From positions 61,256,001 through 61,320,000 of the forward strand of contig NC_043003.1 in assembly GCF_006345805.1 (NCBI RefSeq): DNA of 64,000 bases, in the 5' to 3' direction. The translations under genes were made by a program, and so were the position numbers. Origin of the DNA: Octopus sinensis. Its lineage: Eukaryota. The notes beneath the pieces were generated by a model. That model was not told the DNA's origin. It did no database searches and was given only the letters and a program-made list of their open reading frames with translations. Of this stretch, positions 11,733 through 23,704 are shown in pieces. Position 1 is the stretch's first letter. Each line of letters opens with the position of its first letter.

Positions 11733-12284
11733 TTCTGGTTTGTGGATATACTTAATTGCATAATATTTTTATTTGTGCTGTTAAATGTTTTAATCCTTTC
11801 TGTTTTCCTCGCATACAGTTTTTTCTCTGATATGTTGGTGCTGTACGGTGGATAAATTTAAGACTTTAGCTCTTATTTCTAGCAGGTGGATGCTTGTTAA
11901 GCATCCTTACGCCTCGTCCAAATTTATAATTCATAGCTATTTAATGCTATTGCACCTAAGATCCACCTATGTCACTACTGGTGATATCATCAATTTTAAA
12001 ATTTATCCACAAATGATATGAACAGTAGTGACATCTGATTCAATCTCTGTGTTGAATATTTTGCTTATATAATATATATATATATATATATATGTGTGTG
12101 GTGTGTGTGTTATATATATATATAAGATATATATATATAATATATATATATATATGTATGTATGTATGTATATATAATATATATATATATATAATATATA
12201 TATCTATAATATATATATATATAATATATATATATGTATATAGATAGATAGATAGATGATGGGTAGATATAGATATATATATAT

Positions 12285-12347
<63 letters not shown>

Positions 12348-12431
12348 TATGTGTGTCTATACTCAATCCTTTGGGGAAATTTCTAGTATAGAAGCATAAG
12401 TAGGCATTGTCACAAAAATGCCAAATTCTTT

Positions 12432-12641
12432 TCTACTCCAGGCACAAAGCCCGAAATTTTGGGGGAGGGGGCTCAGTCGATTAGATCGACTCCAGTACGC
12501 AACTGGTACTTAATTTATCGACCCCGAAAGGATGAAATGCAAAGTAGACCTCGGCGGAATTTGAACTCTGAACGTAACGGTAGATGAAATACCGCTAACC
12601 ATTTAGCCCGGCGAGCTAACATTTCTGCCAGCTCGCCGCCC
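12432..12641 (-). mobile_element. SINE family B
   Basis: Matches 3476-3708. Confidence 0.85.
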
Positions 12642-12852
12642 TAAAAAATACCAAATAGATTACATGAACAGGCACACGAGTACGCGCAAGCAATGCCTTT
12701 ATGAATACTCAAAAACTTTTGTACATGTTTCCGTTAGTAAAAAAACGGCAACAACTTATAAATCAAAATAAACAAGTTTCTGTGTGGGTACTTACTCTAC
12801 CGGAACCATGTGGTTGGTAAACAAGCTACTTACCACACACCACTCCTGCGCC

Positions 12853-12978
<126 letters not shown>

Positions 12979-12999
12979 CTATATATATATATATATATT

Positions 13000-13550
13000 A
13001 AGGTATGTAGAAAAATAAACATGGACAGAACGTATAACTCATAGAAGACGTACAATAACATGGACAGGACATTCGAACCCCTCAGTCTTCAGTCAAGAAC
13101 CGGATCATCGTAGTAATTTCGGCTGATTAATCTTGAGATTAGATCACGGCCAGCCCTCAAGAAAAACTAAGCACGAGCATTAGAAAAACTAGCTGAAGCG
13201 TAGATTTCCTGGAAGAAGGATCGAATGCATACGAACACCAGGACAGCAAAAGGACAGATATAAAAAAAAACAAAAACAATAATGGAATACAGAAACATGA
13301 AATACAGAAGCATTAACGGTGAAAACAACAAGTGTCTTACGACTGATAACAAGCAAACAAATTTTTTTCTCTGGCGCATTGGAAAAACCTTTATAGCGGC
13401 GGACGAAAACAACGATGTTAACACGACGAGGGTCAGGAGCTGAAAGGCAGATTTCGGCAACATCACGTGACAGAGAAGAGGAAAAGAAAAGAAAGAGAAG
13501 CAAAGGAAGAGAGAGAGAAAAGGTGGACAAAACGCAACAAAGAGAGAAGA
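13000..13550 (-). mobile_element. PLE-like pLTR remnant between two (TA)n tracts
   Basis: Purine-skewed body bounded by (TA)n. Contains GAAA...AUC...CUGAAGA on the minus strand at 13081-13126. Confidence 0.5.
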
Positions 13551-14378
13551 TATATATATATATATATATATAATATATATATATAATATATATATAAAAT
13601 GTTTTATTAATATCTTATTAGATGAAAATGTTACAGTGGTGATAAAGGGATTTAGCGTTTCGAGCCATATCACTTGACAAATTTTGGGGTTCTGAAGTTA
13701 GTTCATTCCAGAAATATTCAGTCCATAACAAAAAAAGATAATGTGAATTCCACTTTTCATATTGAGTTCTCCGCTTAAAACCAATTGACGCGCGCGCGCA
13801 CAGAAGACATTCACGTATGCACGCACGCACGCGCGACTGTCTATCTATCTATATCTACATATATATTTATACAGTTGTTTCCGTTTTATATACGCTGAGC
13901 TGCGTATACTTTCACGCGCGTTGTTTGTGGTGCAACAGCTGAATGCAATGCAAATCTGCAGTTATAGTGACAGAAAGCTTGTCAGACATTGAGATTGAGA
14001 GAGGTGGGGGAGGAGAAAGAGACAGACTAAGATGCACATGCAGGGAGTGAGAGACAAGACTGAGAGAGAGAGAGAGAGATTAACAGAGAGAGCGAGAGAG
14101 AGAGAGAGAGAGATTTATGAAGCACATACCTGCAGTGATATATTACATTATAGCTTTTTTAGAATAACCACAGAACCATGCCTGTGAGCAATTCGCGTTA
14201 ATTATTTATCATTCGAAAACTCTGCTCGCTGTTCATTTAGCAATGTTTGCAGCCGTTGGATGTCACCGACGATAGACACATAGCCCCAGCATCTTCATTC
14301 CACATACATCCGTTCGTTTTGCTACATTAACGACAGGATATAATATTATATATATATTATATATATATACATATATAT

Positions 14379-14483
<105 letters not shown>

Positions 14484-14492
14484 CATATATAT

Positions 14493-14539
<47 letters not shown>

Positions 14540-14731
14540 GTGGTTGTGTGTGGTGTGTGTGTGTATGTATGTATGTATGTATGTATGTATTATGTATGTA
14601 TTGATGTATGGATATTATGATTTTGGAATTCTGCGCTAGCCAGGATCCTGTGACAATGAGGCAATATATATGTGTGTGTATGTGTGTGTGTGTGTGCATA
14701 TATATACACACATACATATGCGTGTGTGTGG

Positions 14732-14775
<44 letters not shown>

Positions 14776-16134
14776 GAATTTTTACGTACTTTTTCCCTGT
14801 AATCATATTTCATTTCTAATTTTACTAGCTTTTCTCCATTTAAGAAAATCGTGTGTGTATGTCTATGTGTGCATGCGTTCATGTGTATGTGTATCTGTAT
14901 GTGTCTGCGCGTGTGCGCGTATTTGTGAATGTATGAATGTACATTCGCCTATACAAGCTTTCAGAAATACATATAATCATGCATGCATACCATCATAAAT
15001 TCATATATACATACATACATACATACATACACACGCACACGCACACCTATCTGACAGGTGTTTTCTCAATTTTCGTATTTCTTTTCTATGCTGTACTTGA
15101 CACAATTTTACCTAGCTTTCTCTCGATTTATCTTTCTATCGCAATCTAATTATTTTCTCCACCTTCATCTTCTTCTTCTTCTTCTTCTTCTTCTTCTTCT
15201 TCTTCTTCTTCTTCTCTCTCTCTCTCTCTCTCTCTCTTCTCTTCTCTCTCCTTAGTTTATCTATCTATGTCTACACGCACACACACATGTATGTGTATGT
15301 GTATATAAATATAAATATATATATAAGTTTATATATACACATATATATATATGTATAAGTATATATATACATATATACATAGGTATAAGTATAAATATGT
15401 ATATATATATATATACATATATATATATACATATAATATATATATACATATACATATATATGTACATATATGTGTATATATATAGATATATATACACACA
15501 TCTATATATATATATACACATATATGTACACATATATATATATATATATATATACATACATACATACATATATGTGTGTCTGTGCACGTGCGTGTGTGTA
15601 TGTATGTGTATATGTATATATACATACATACGTAAGGAACAGAGAGGGATAGAGAGAGACAGAAAGATAAAAAGAAATCATTTTTCCAGCCATGTCAACG
15701 CAGTCTTTTATATTTCCCAGACAGGTAGAGATTCCTTCCACTTTACATTCACTTAAATATTGTGACCAGCTACTTTATACAGCTTGCCAGAGAGAGCCAG
15801 AATGAAAAACCTAAGCAACGGTTATTTACCTGAAGCTTTCTATAACGTCTATTACCTTCTCTCTCCACCCCTCTCTCACTCTCTCTCTCTCTCACGCTGT
15901 CTCTCTCTCTCTCTCTCTTTTTCATTCGCTTCCTCACTCACACTTTTTCCATACATACACATACATACATGCGCTTTCACAACTGAAACTGTTCATAGCT
16001 ATTCGCTACAAGCACGCAATACATACAGTCTGTACAGCGGTCTAAACAATCTTTCTATTCACATTTACTATAAATATTATGCCTTTGTCATATTTCCAGG
16101 AACTATGGTTTCTGGGAGCGTGGGCGGCTATATT

Positions 16135-16210
16135 CATCATCATCATCTTCTTCTTCTTCTTCTTCTTCTTCTTCTTCTTCTTCTTCTTCTTCTTCTTCTT
16201 CTTCTTCTTC

Positions 16211-16242
<32 letters not shown>

Positions 16243-16295
16243 TATCATCATCATCTTCTTCTTCATCATCATCATCGTCGTTGTTGTTGTTGTTA

Positions 16296-16392
<97 letters not shown>
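16135..16392. repeat. Compound trinucleotide microsatellite (CAT)(CTT)n(CAT)n(GTT)(ATT)n
   Basis: Directly visible; source of the poly-L/H/I/N ORFs. Confidence 0.95.
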
Positions 16393-16883
16393 GAGTGAGA
16401 GAGCAGTACATGCCATCAAAATGACACTGGGGTAAAATATACGAAGCCCAGTATACCCATCATGACTACCCGTCTGATAAGGGTACACTAGGCACATGAA
16501 TCAGAACCACATGTGCGCGACATGGTGATCTCATATCAAGATAAACAGCACATGACCTTGCAGGTGGGGCCCAGTTAGAATTTTCTTGTGGTCGAGTAGC
16601 CCATCCCGCTCAAAAGGTCCCTGAATAAGGGTTATTTAAGGATGTTGAACGAAACACCCATGTTTCCAGAGGTGAATTATTCAAATCCCAAAGAATCTCT
16701 CTCAACACGTGGCTATGATGCTCCCCCACTACTTCTACTCGTGATCAGAGATGCACATATCGTCAGCCACAAAGGGACATGCTCAACTGGTTACGGTCAA
16801 ACAACTGACAAGCAAATCTGTAGTATTGAGCAGAATATTTGCTGTAGCCCATCTTTTATACCAAGACAAAACAATGTACATTA

Positions 16884-16885
<2 letters not shown>
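16393..16885 (-). mobile_element. Probable 3' portion/non-autonomous derivative of a (TAA)n-targeting non-LTR element
   Basis: ~490-bp unique block embedded between two (ATT)n tracts. The minus strand ends ...gtactgctctctcactc(AAT)n. Confidence 0.5.
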
Positions 16886-16927
<42 letters not shown>

Positions 16928-17118
16928 TCAGCACGCCGGACAAAATGCTTATCGACATTTCGCCCGTCTTCACGTTGTGAGTCCAAATTCCGCCGAGGTC
17001 GACTTTGCTTTTCATCCTTTTGGGGTCGATAAATTAAGTACCAGTTACGTTTTGGGGTCGATGTAATCCACTTATCCCCTCCCCTCCAAATTTCAGGCCT
17101 TATTTCTTTAGTAGGGGG

Positions 17119-17195
<77 letters not shown>

Positions 17196-17819
17196 GTATG
17201 CCGGACAAAATACTTAGCGGCAGTTCGTTCGTTTTTACATTCTGAGTTCATATTCCGCCGACATCGACTTTGTCTTTCACCCTTTCGAAATCGATAAAAT
17301 AAAATCCTTTCAAACACTGAATCAATGTAATCGACTTGCCCCTTCCCCGAAGTTGCCGGCCTTGAGCCAAAATTTGAAATTAATATTAACCATTCATTTA
17401 CACATGTATCCATATTTTTTGTCAAGATTTTTTGATGAAGTCTCGTAGTTTCCCGTATACGTAGGTTTCCCCGATAGGGAAAGGTCGCTAACTTGAGCCA
17501 ATTCACCCCGGTACCAGATCGTCGTAAGCGTTGGTGTCAGAACAAAAAAAAATGCGCAACAGATATGACAAGGTGTCTGGCCCAACAGTTCAGCAAATCC
17601 ACCGCTTGGGGTTGGTACCTTTTTTGACCCCGAAATGATAAAAGGCAATATTGACTTCGATGGGATTTGAACCCAGAGAATTAAAAATACAAGATATTTT
17701 ATTCAACGTGCTAACAATTCTGCCAAATCACCGTCGTTCTTTTTGCGGCAGCTAAGATTTTATTTATTAGTTGGTATGAAATCGCACGCCAATACACTCC
17801 AACCTCTGTACCCCAGGCA

Positions 17820-18116
17820 TGTTGTCGCCTCTTACTATCTTTTCTACCGTTACTATAAAGGCCTCTGCTCCTCGGAGCTGACTAGTGTCACGCCATCTTG
17901 ACTTCAACGCCCCCAAGTCACTCGTTTCTTTTCTTATCACGTCTCACATATTGTGACCACCACTCGTAGACTTCTTCCCCCAGACCGTCTTCCTTCATTA
18001 CTTTCATTCTGTGTAAATATATCTTGTACAATGTAAAACAATATGTAAAACAAATACCAAAAATTATTGAGTTTTTTTTTTTTTTCCTTTAGCCTTCGTC
18101 TGACAGCTGTTCAACA
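17820..18116. mobile_element. Possible solo LTR
   Basis: TGTTG...CAACA termini ~297 bp apart with an internal TATAAA. No TSD found. Confidence 0.25.
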
Positions 18117-18959
18117 TGAACGTTACGTTAATGATATCAATTTCACCGGTCTTGGAGAAACGGCAAAAGCTGCACATCTTCCTTAAGACCAAACCAATAA
18201 CATTTTTAAAAAATAATACTTTTACAAACGCTGTTAGTTTTCTTCTCTCGCAAATAACTATATTAGATTTATTCTCAGTTCATTCATTAATTGTTAAATC
18301 AACTGCAAAGCAGTAGGATTTAAAGTGGATGAGTCAGTCGAACCAGACACATCTTCAATAATTGCCCTTGGGTGGATCTGCTAAAATATCATTTTCTTTC
18401 CATTACATTCTTCGATGGATATTGGCAACGATTTCTTAGATTACTCATCTCTACGTATACAGTATATTGTTTTTTGGGGTTTTTTTGGGTTTTTTTTTGT
18501 TATTTCTAATTTAATTTTACGAAATTGACAAGTAATTCTTGAAGTATTAACAAAACCTTAAACTAATGTCTTGAAGATTTATCTCTTCCAGATATTTTAT
18601 GACAAGTTAGATTCCATATCACTTTCGTATCGCAATTTTTCTATGTATAATCTTGATTTTTATTCAAAGTAGAATGAAATATAGTAATTTTAAAGAAAAT
18701 TCTTCTCAATTTCTATACCTTTATTTTATCATTTTTTTAATATTTGTTTTACATTTGTTGTTTTTGTTTTATATTAAATGAGATATAAGATTTACATGGG
18801 AGATAATTCACGCCTTCACTATCAAGCATGGATTCTTCAGTTTTATATCCATCAACAGAAGCACTTTAAAAACAAAATAATGAAAATAAGAGAAAGAGAA
18901 CTATTTCTTACTCCTCTGAAAATCGGGACTTCTCTTTCCGCAAATTATTGTAAAATTAT

Positions 18960-19240
18960 AACTTGAAATGACAAGCTTCTTTGTTTAAATTATAATACCC
19001 CGATATCCATTTGTTCTATTCTAACTATCCTTCTCAGTGCGTGTAATGGGTTGCAAAATAAATTCGTTTGTTTAATCTTATTTCATTTTAATCCTTATTG
19101 GCGTGTGGCACCCATGTACTTTCAGTCATAGCATCTTCTTTGTATACAGCACAAATGTCTTGTGTTATTTTGGCAGCTTTGGAACTTTGATTGAAAGCGA
19201 AAAGAAGCAGATGTCGACAATGCTTTTTGTTTTCTATTAG
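18960..19240 (-). mobile_element. Mariner transposase N-terminal remnant
   Basis: HCRHLLLFAFNQSSKAAKITQDICAVYKEDAMTEST resembles the mariner HTH (HFRH.LLF.F..G..A..A...IC.VYG). Confidence 0.65.
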
Positions 19241-20069
19241 CCTGAAAAGAAATAAAATTTATTCAAATTTAAAAAACGATAAATTTAAAATGAAATTTTG
19301 AGAATTTCGTCATTCCGCTTTCAGCGACACCACTCTGAACAATCTTCTTTTAAACTATTACATTTTTTCTTTAACCTCTCGCAGTGGATATGTGACATTT
19401 AATTATAAATCGAAAGAAAATTTGGCATACAACGTGATAAGTGATATTTCTAAGTTCAAGAACTCTTATTTCCAAAAACAGCCGAAGGTGATAAATTTTT
19501 TCATGCCATTTCCTTTTCGCTTTGTTGTAAAATATTTAATCAATATTGTAATGTAAACAGCTTGGAATTCAAATATGTAAATGGTAAATATCGCTCACCA
19601 GTTGCGATATGTTGACAATATTTAGATTTTAGATATGTTGTTGACTCGTTGCTATATTACACATGTAAAATACAAAGCATTATGATACAGAACAAAGAGT
19701 TGGTTTTAAAATCATTTGTAATCATTAATTTCGTAATGATTAAAATGATTTACAACCTTTGTTTTAAAGTGTTCATTCTTAACATACAAGATACAAGAAT
19801 GTATATATTTCAATAAACATGTAGTTTCTGAAACATCTACATATCAAGCATCTGTATGCAATTCTTCACCAAATTTTCAGCATTTTGTTTCAAAGTTTGT
19901 AAGGAGGACGAGGAGTTGTGTATGGGGCATGCGCTGTAACAGCACGTCGCTGCATCCACCATTTGTTGGTAGATAACGCCTCTGTACCACTCAGGCGACA
20001 ACCTTCCAGCCCACGGGTCTATTTGAGTAGTTATTGCTAAAGAGAGTTTTACGAGTTCGGAGTGAAAAT

Positions 20070-20280
20070 CCTACCTCAACTTCTTTCAGTCGCCTTTTAC
20101 GACACACAGAGGAAATGTTGGTCTATTCTTCGACATGCCGGTCCCCACACAACACTAAAGCAACGTGAAACGAAGTGTTTTACTCAAGAACACAACATGC
20201 TGCCCGATCCGGAAATCGAACCCAAGAGCTGGTGATCGTGATTGCAACATCTTATCTTCTTGGGCACGCACCTTCGTAAC
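20070..20280 (-). mobile_element. SINE family C
   Basis: Contains aagtgttttactcaagaacacaac...ccggaaatcgaacc, the reverse complement of a CORE-like segment plus B box. Confidence 0.55.
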
Positions 20281-20371
20281 TGGTAATATGGTAAAACGAT
20301 TATGTAGTATTATGAGACTTCTTAAAGTACAACCGGTATCTGCAAGCATTAAAAGATCTTTAGAAACTTAC

Positions 20372-20525
20372 AAGTCTGTATTTGTATTTGTTTTACAAGA
20401 TTCTTGATGGGAACTGGTGCGTTGAAACAGATTTCGTTGTACCACCATTGTGCCAATTATAAAGTAGAGAGGACATGACTGTGAAAAGGCCGCAAATGGT
20501 GGTGAAAGGATTTTGACAAGCATAA
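20372..20525 (-). CDS. Internal coding exon (154 nt) of unrecognised minus-strand gene
   Basis: Acceptor aatcag|TT (phase 1, weak pyrimidine tract) and donor GACTT|gtaagt (phase 2, joining the C at 8528 to give Phe). 50 open codons: MLVKILSPPFAAFSQSCPLYFIIGTMVVQRNLFQRTSSHQESCKTNTNTD. Confidence 0.6.
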
Positions 20526-21542
20526 CTGATTGATTGATTGATTAACCGAATGAGTAATCAAACAATCGATTAGAAAGTTGGTTAATAAAGTAGTGAAACA
20601 GGACCAGCGCGTGTGTTTATCATTAGCATAATGCCCCGCTTCCGAAATAGAACAAAAAACATAAAATAATATATATGTAATGTTTAACATATATTTAATG
20701 GTTAAATGAAATACATGCAAAAATGTAATTTTATGAATGGTAGAAGAATGGACAGTAGAAAGTACTTAGAAATGGATAGGAGGAAATACTTAGAAATACC
20801 TACTATAGGAAAGCATGGCGGTAAAGTAGGTATAAGCATACATAGTGTAGTAAGTCAAGGATTTTTTATTAATGAAATTTACGTCTTTATTAATGAGATG
20901 GCTCGTTATCTCAATGGCTAGTTTTGGTCAAAAAGTGTGGAAATACAAGTGCTAACTTTTAATGAATTAAAATTAAATACGGAGCACAATGTAATGGAGT
21001 GAGGCCGTTCTTTAACATGTAGGGTGTAAACTTCGTACATGCTTCTTGGTTTGCTACAGCCAGGGCCGATATTTGATATTGATGTGATTTTTTATTGTCA
21101 TGAACTGGCTGCAGTAAGCTTCATCTTCAGAAGAAACAATTAGTTTTGTTAAAATAAGACAAGAAACACAAATAAAATTAAGAGAACATCACTGAATAGC
21201 TGTTGTTGTTTAGACGCAGGTCAAATCTTGATGAAGTAGACGTTACTGCTGGTCCAACACTCACCTTTTAGGGGAGTTGTGTAAGATCATATTACCCAGA
21301 GTGTTATTTTCTCCTCAGCTCTTTATTAATGTGAAAACAAAATAGAGTTGGAATTCATATAATTCTTCTATCTTCGCCTTGATCTTGAACGAAATTAAAT
21401 GAATTAAAAATTCTTTCATTAAACTTAGCAATTTGTCCACTCCTTTTTTGAATCATCACATCCCCACTTCTTTAGAAATAGAATAGAAACACTATTTTAT
21501 GGTGCTTAACATTAAATAGATTATAATATTAGTTTCTTTCAA

Positions 21543-21752
21543 GGCAGTGAGCAGGTAAATTCGTTAGCACACTGGACAAAATGCTTAGCGGTCTTTCGTC
21601 CGTCTTTATGTTCTGACTTCAAATTACGCTGAGGTCGACTTTGCCTTTCATCCTTTCGGGATCGATAAACTAAGTAGTAGCTGAGACCTAGCGTCGATGT
21701 AATTAATTTACCCACTCCTCCGAAATTGCTGGCCTTGTGCCAAAATTTCAAA
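21543..21752 (+). mobile_element. SINE family B
   Basis: Plus-orientation copy with A/B-box head. Further fragments at ~16930-17385 and ~21930-22040. Confidence 0.8.
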
Positions 21753-22682
21753 CCATCATTACTTAACAGCAGAAAGTGCAGAATCGTTAGAACGTTGGAT
21801 ATTTCTTCCCGTTTTTTTTTTAAGTTCTAAGATCAAATCTTACCGAAGTCGTCTTTAATTTTTATCTTTTCAAGTTCAATAAAATAGAGTTCTGATATCG
21901 ATGTCATCGACTTGTGCCTTTCCTTGAAAATTCCGCCGAGGTCGACTCTGCCTTTCATCCTTTTGCGGTCGTTAAAATAAGTACCAGTTGAGCACTGGGG
22001 TCGATGTAATCTGCTTACCCTTCCCCCAGATTTTGAAATTAATATTAGTTCCTTTCAACAAGGTCACTTTCATAAATTTTATCGATCCTGCAATCGTAAA
22101 ATGGTAAATTTGATATCAGATGGAATTTAAATTATACATGAAATTTAATCTATTCGCTGACGTCCTGTGTGCGATTAATTTAATAATGATTTGATTTTAA
22201 TTAAGAATAATGTTGAGAAATTGATATCGGATGGATATGGAGATACTTGATGTCGGGTTGTTCTCAGAGTTCATCGTCCTTAAATTTACTTCTTATAAAC
22301 TCAATAAATTTAAATACATTGCGAAAAAAAAAACGAATTAGAACGAACGTTTTATACAGGCATGACTGTATAGTTAATGAGCTCGCTTGGCAACCGTGTG
22401 CTTTCGGGTTCGATCACACAGCGCAGTATCTTGAGAAAATGTCTTCTACTATAATCCCGAACCGACCAATGACTTGTCAATGAATTTGGTATGCATATAC
22501 GATCCCCGTCGTACATGTATGTATGTATGTATGTATGTATATATATATATATATTCAGATTTATATATGTATATATACATACATATGTATATATATACAC
22601 ATCTATATATATATGTATGTATATATAGGCACATACACGCATATGTATATATAGGCACATACACGCATATGTATATATGCAC

Positions 22683-22727
<45 letters not shown>

Positions 22728-22733
<6 letters not shown>

Positions 22734-23704
22734 CTTACTTGGAGGAAACGAAACGACGCGAGGGCGCTCAGTTATACAATAGTGTAATAAATAAAATATA
22801 TGCATACATACATACATATATGTACGTACCTACATCTACATGTATATATACATGCATATATAAATATATATACGTGAGTACAGGACACCACAAATAGACG
22901 TAGAACTCAACGAGAACCGAAAACGTAAAAACAAACATGGAAACGACAAGACAAACAACACAAGGAAAAATCCCCTTCATCAGCTGTCCCTAGTACGACT
23001 CCATGCGTGTTTCGAAGGTGAGGACAGAACACGACTCGTCGAACTAGCCCTTCTTGCGAAAGAATTAAATAAAATTCCTTTGCAGAGGGGTAAAAACAAG
23101 GAAAGAAAAAAATGTGACAAAAACAGGACGTAAAAACGATACAAATAAAATTACAAAATAAAATACAAAATAAAAATACAATTACAAAAAAATACAGTAC
23201 GAGAAATAAAAACAAACAAGAAAAGAAACAATGAGGGCCTTTTTGGCCTAGACGAGGAAAGATTTTTAAGAGCGTAGGAAGAAAGCGTGTTCACTGTTAG
23301 GAGGCCGCAAGCGAAGGGAAGTGGTCGCCCGGCTGTGAGAGAGATGAGGAGGAGTGAGAGAGAGAGAGGGAGATAGAGAGGAAAGGAAACTAGAAAGGGT
23401 GAAAAAGAGAGACAGGCAAAGAGGAAGACAAGGAAGAAAGGGAAGGTCAAGCAAAGGGTTAAAGAGTTTCGCGTCATAATTATATATAAAAACTTACTTG
23501 GAGGAAATGAAATGACGCGAGGGCGCTCAGTCATACAATAGTGTAATAAATAAAATATATGCATACATACATACATATATGTACGTACCTACATCTACAT
23601 GTATATATACATGCATATATAAATATATATACGTGAGTACAGGACACCACAAATAGACGTAGAACTCAACGAGAAACGAAAACGTAAAAACAAACATGGA
23701 AACG
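22728..23704 (-). mobile_element. PLE-like element with ~215-bp direct repeats
   Basis: 22728-22943 is nearly identical to 23484-23704. The element starts at a (TA)n tract and carries GAAA...GUA...CUGAUGA on the minus strand at 22972-23018. Confidence 0.6.

Noticed and set aside
18290-18390. Possible terminal exon (ttttag|CAG ATC...QIHPRAIIEDVSGSTDSSTLNPTALQLI*)
   Set aside because: Phase 0 does not match the upstream phase-2 donor, and it is short enough to be chance.
20420-20480. CPLYFII...RNLFQ resemblance to the Mab-21/cGAS-like C-terminal CPHYF..NLF motif
   Set aside because: The spacing differs and flanking exons show no other Mab-21 features, so it is too weak for a family call without an HMM.
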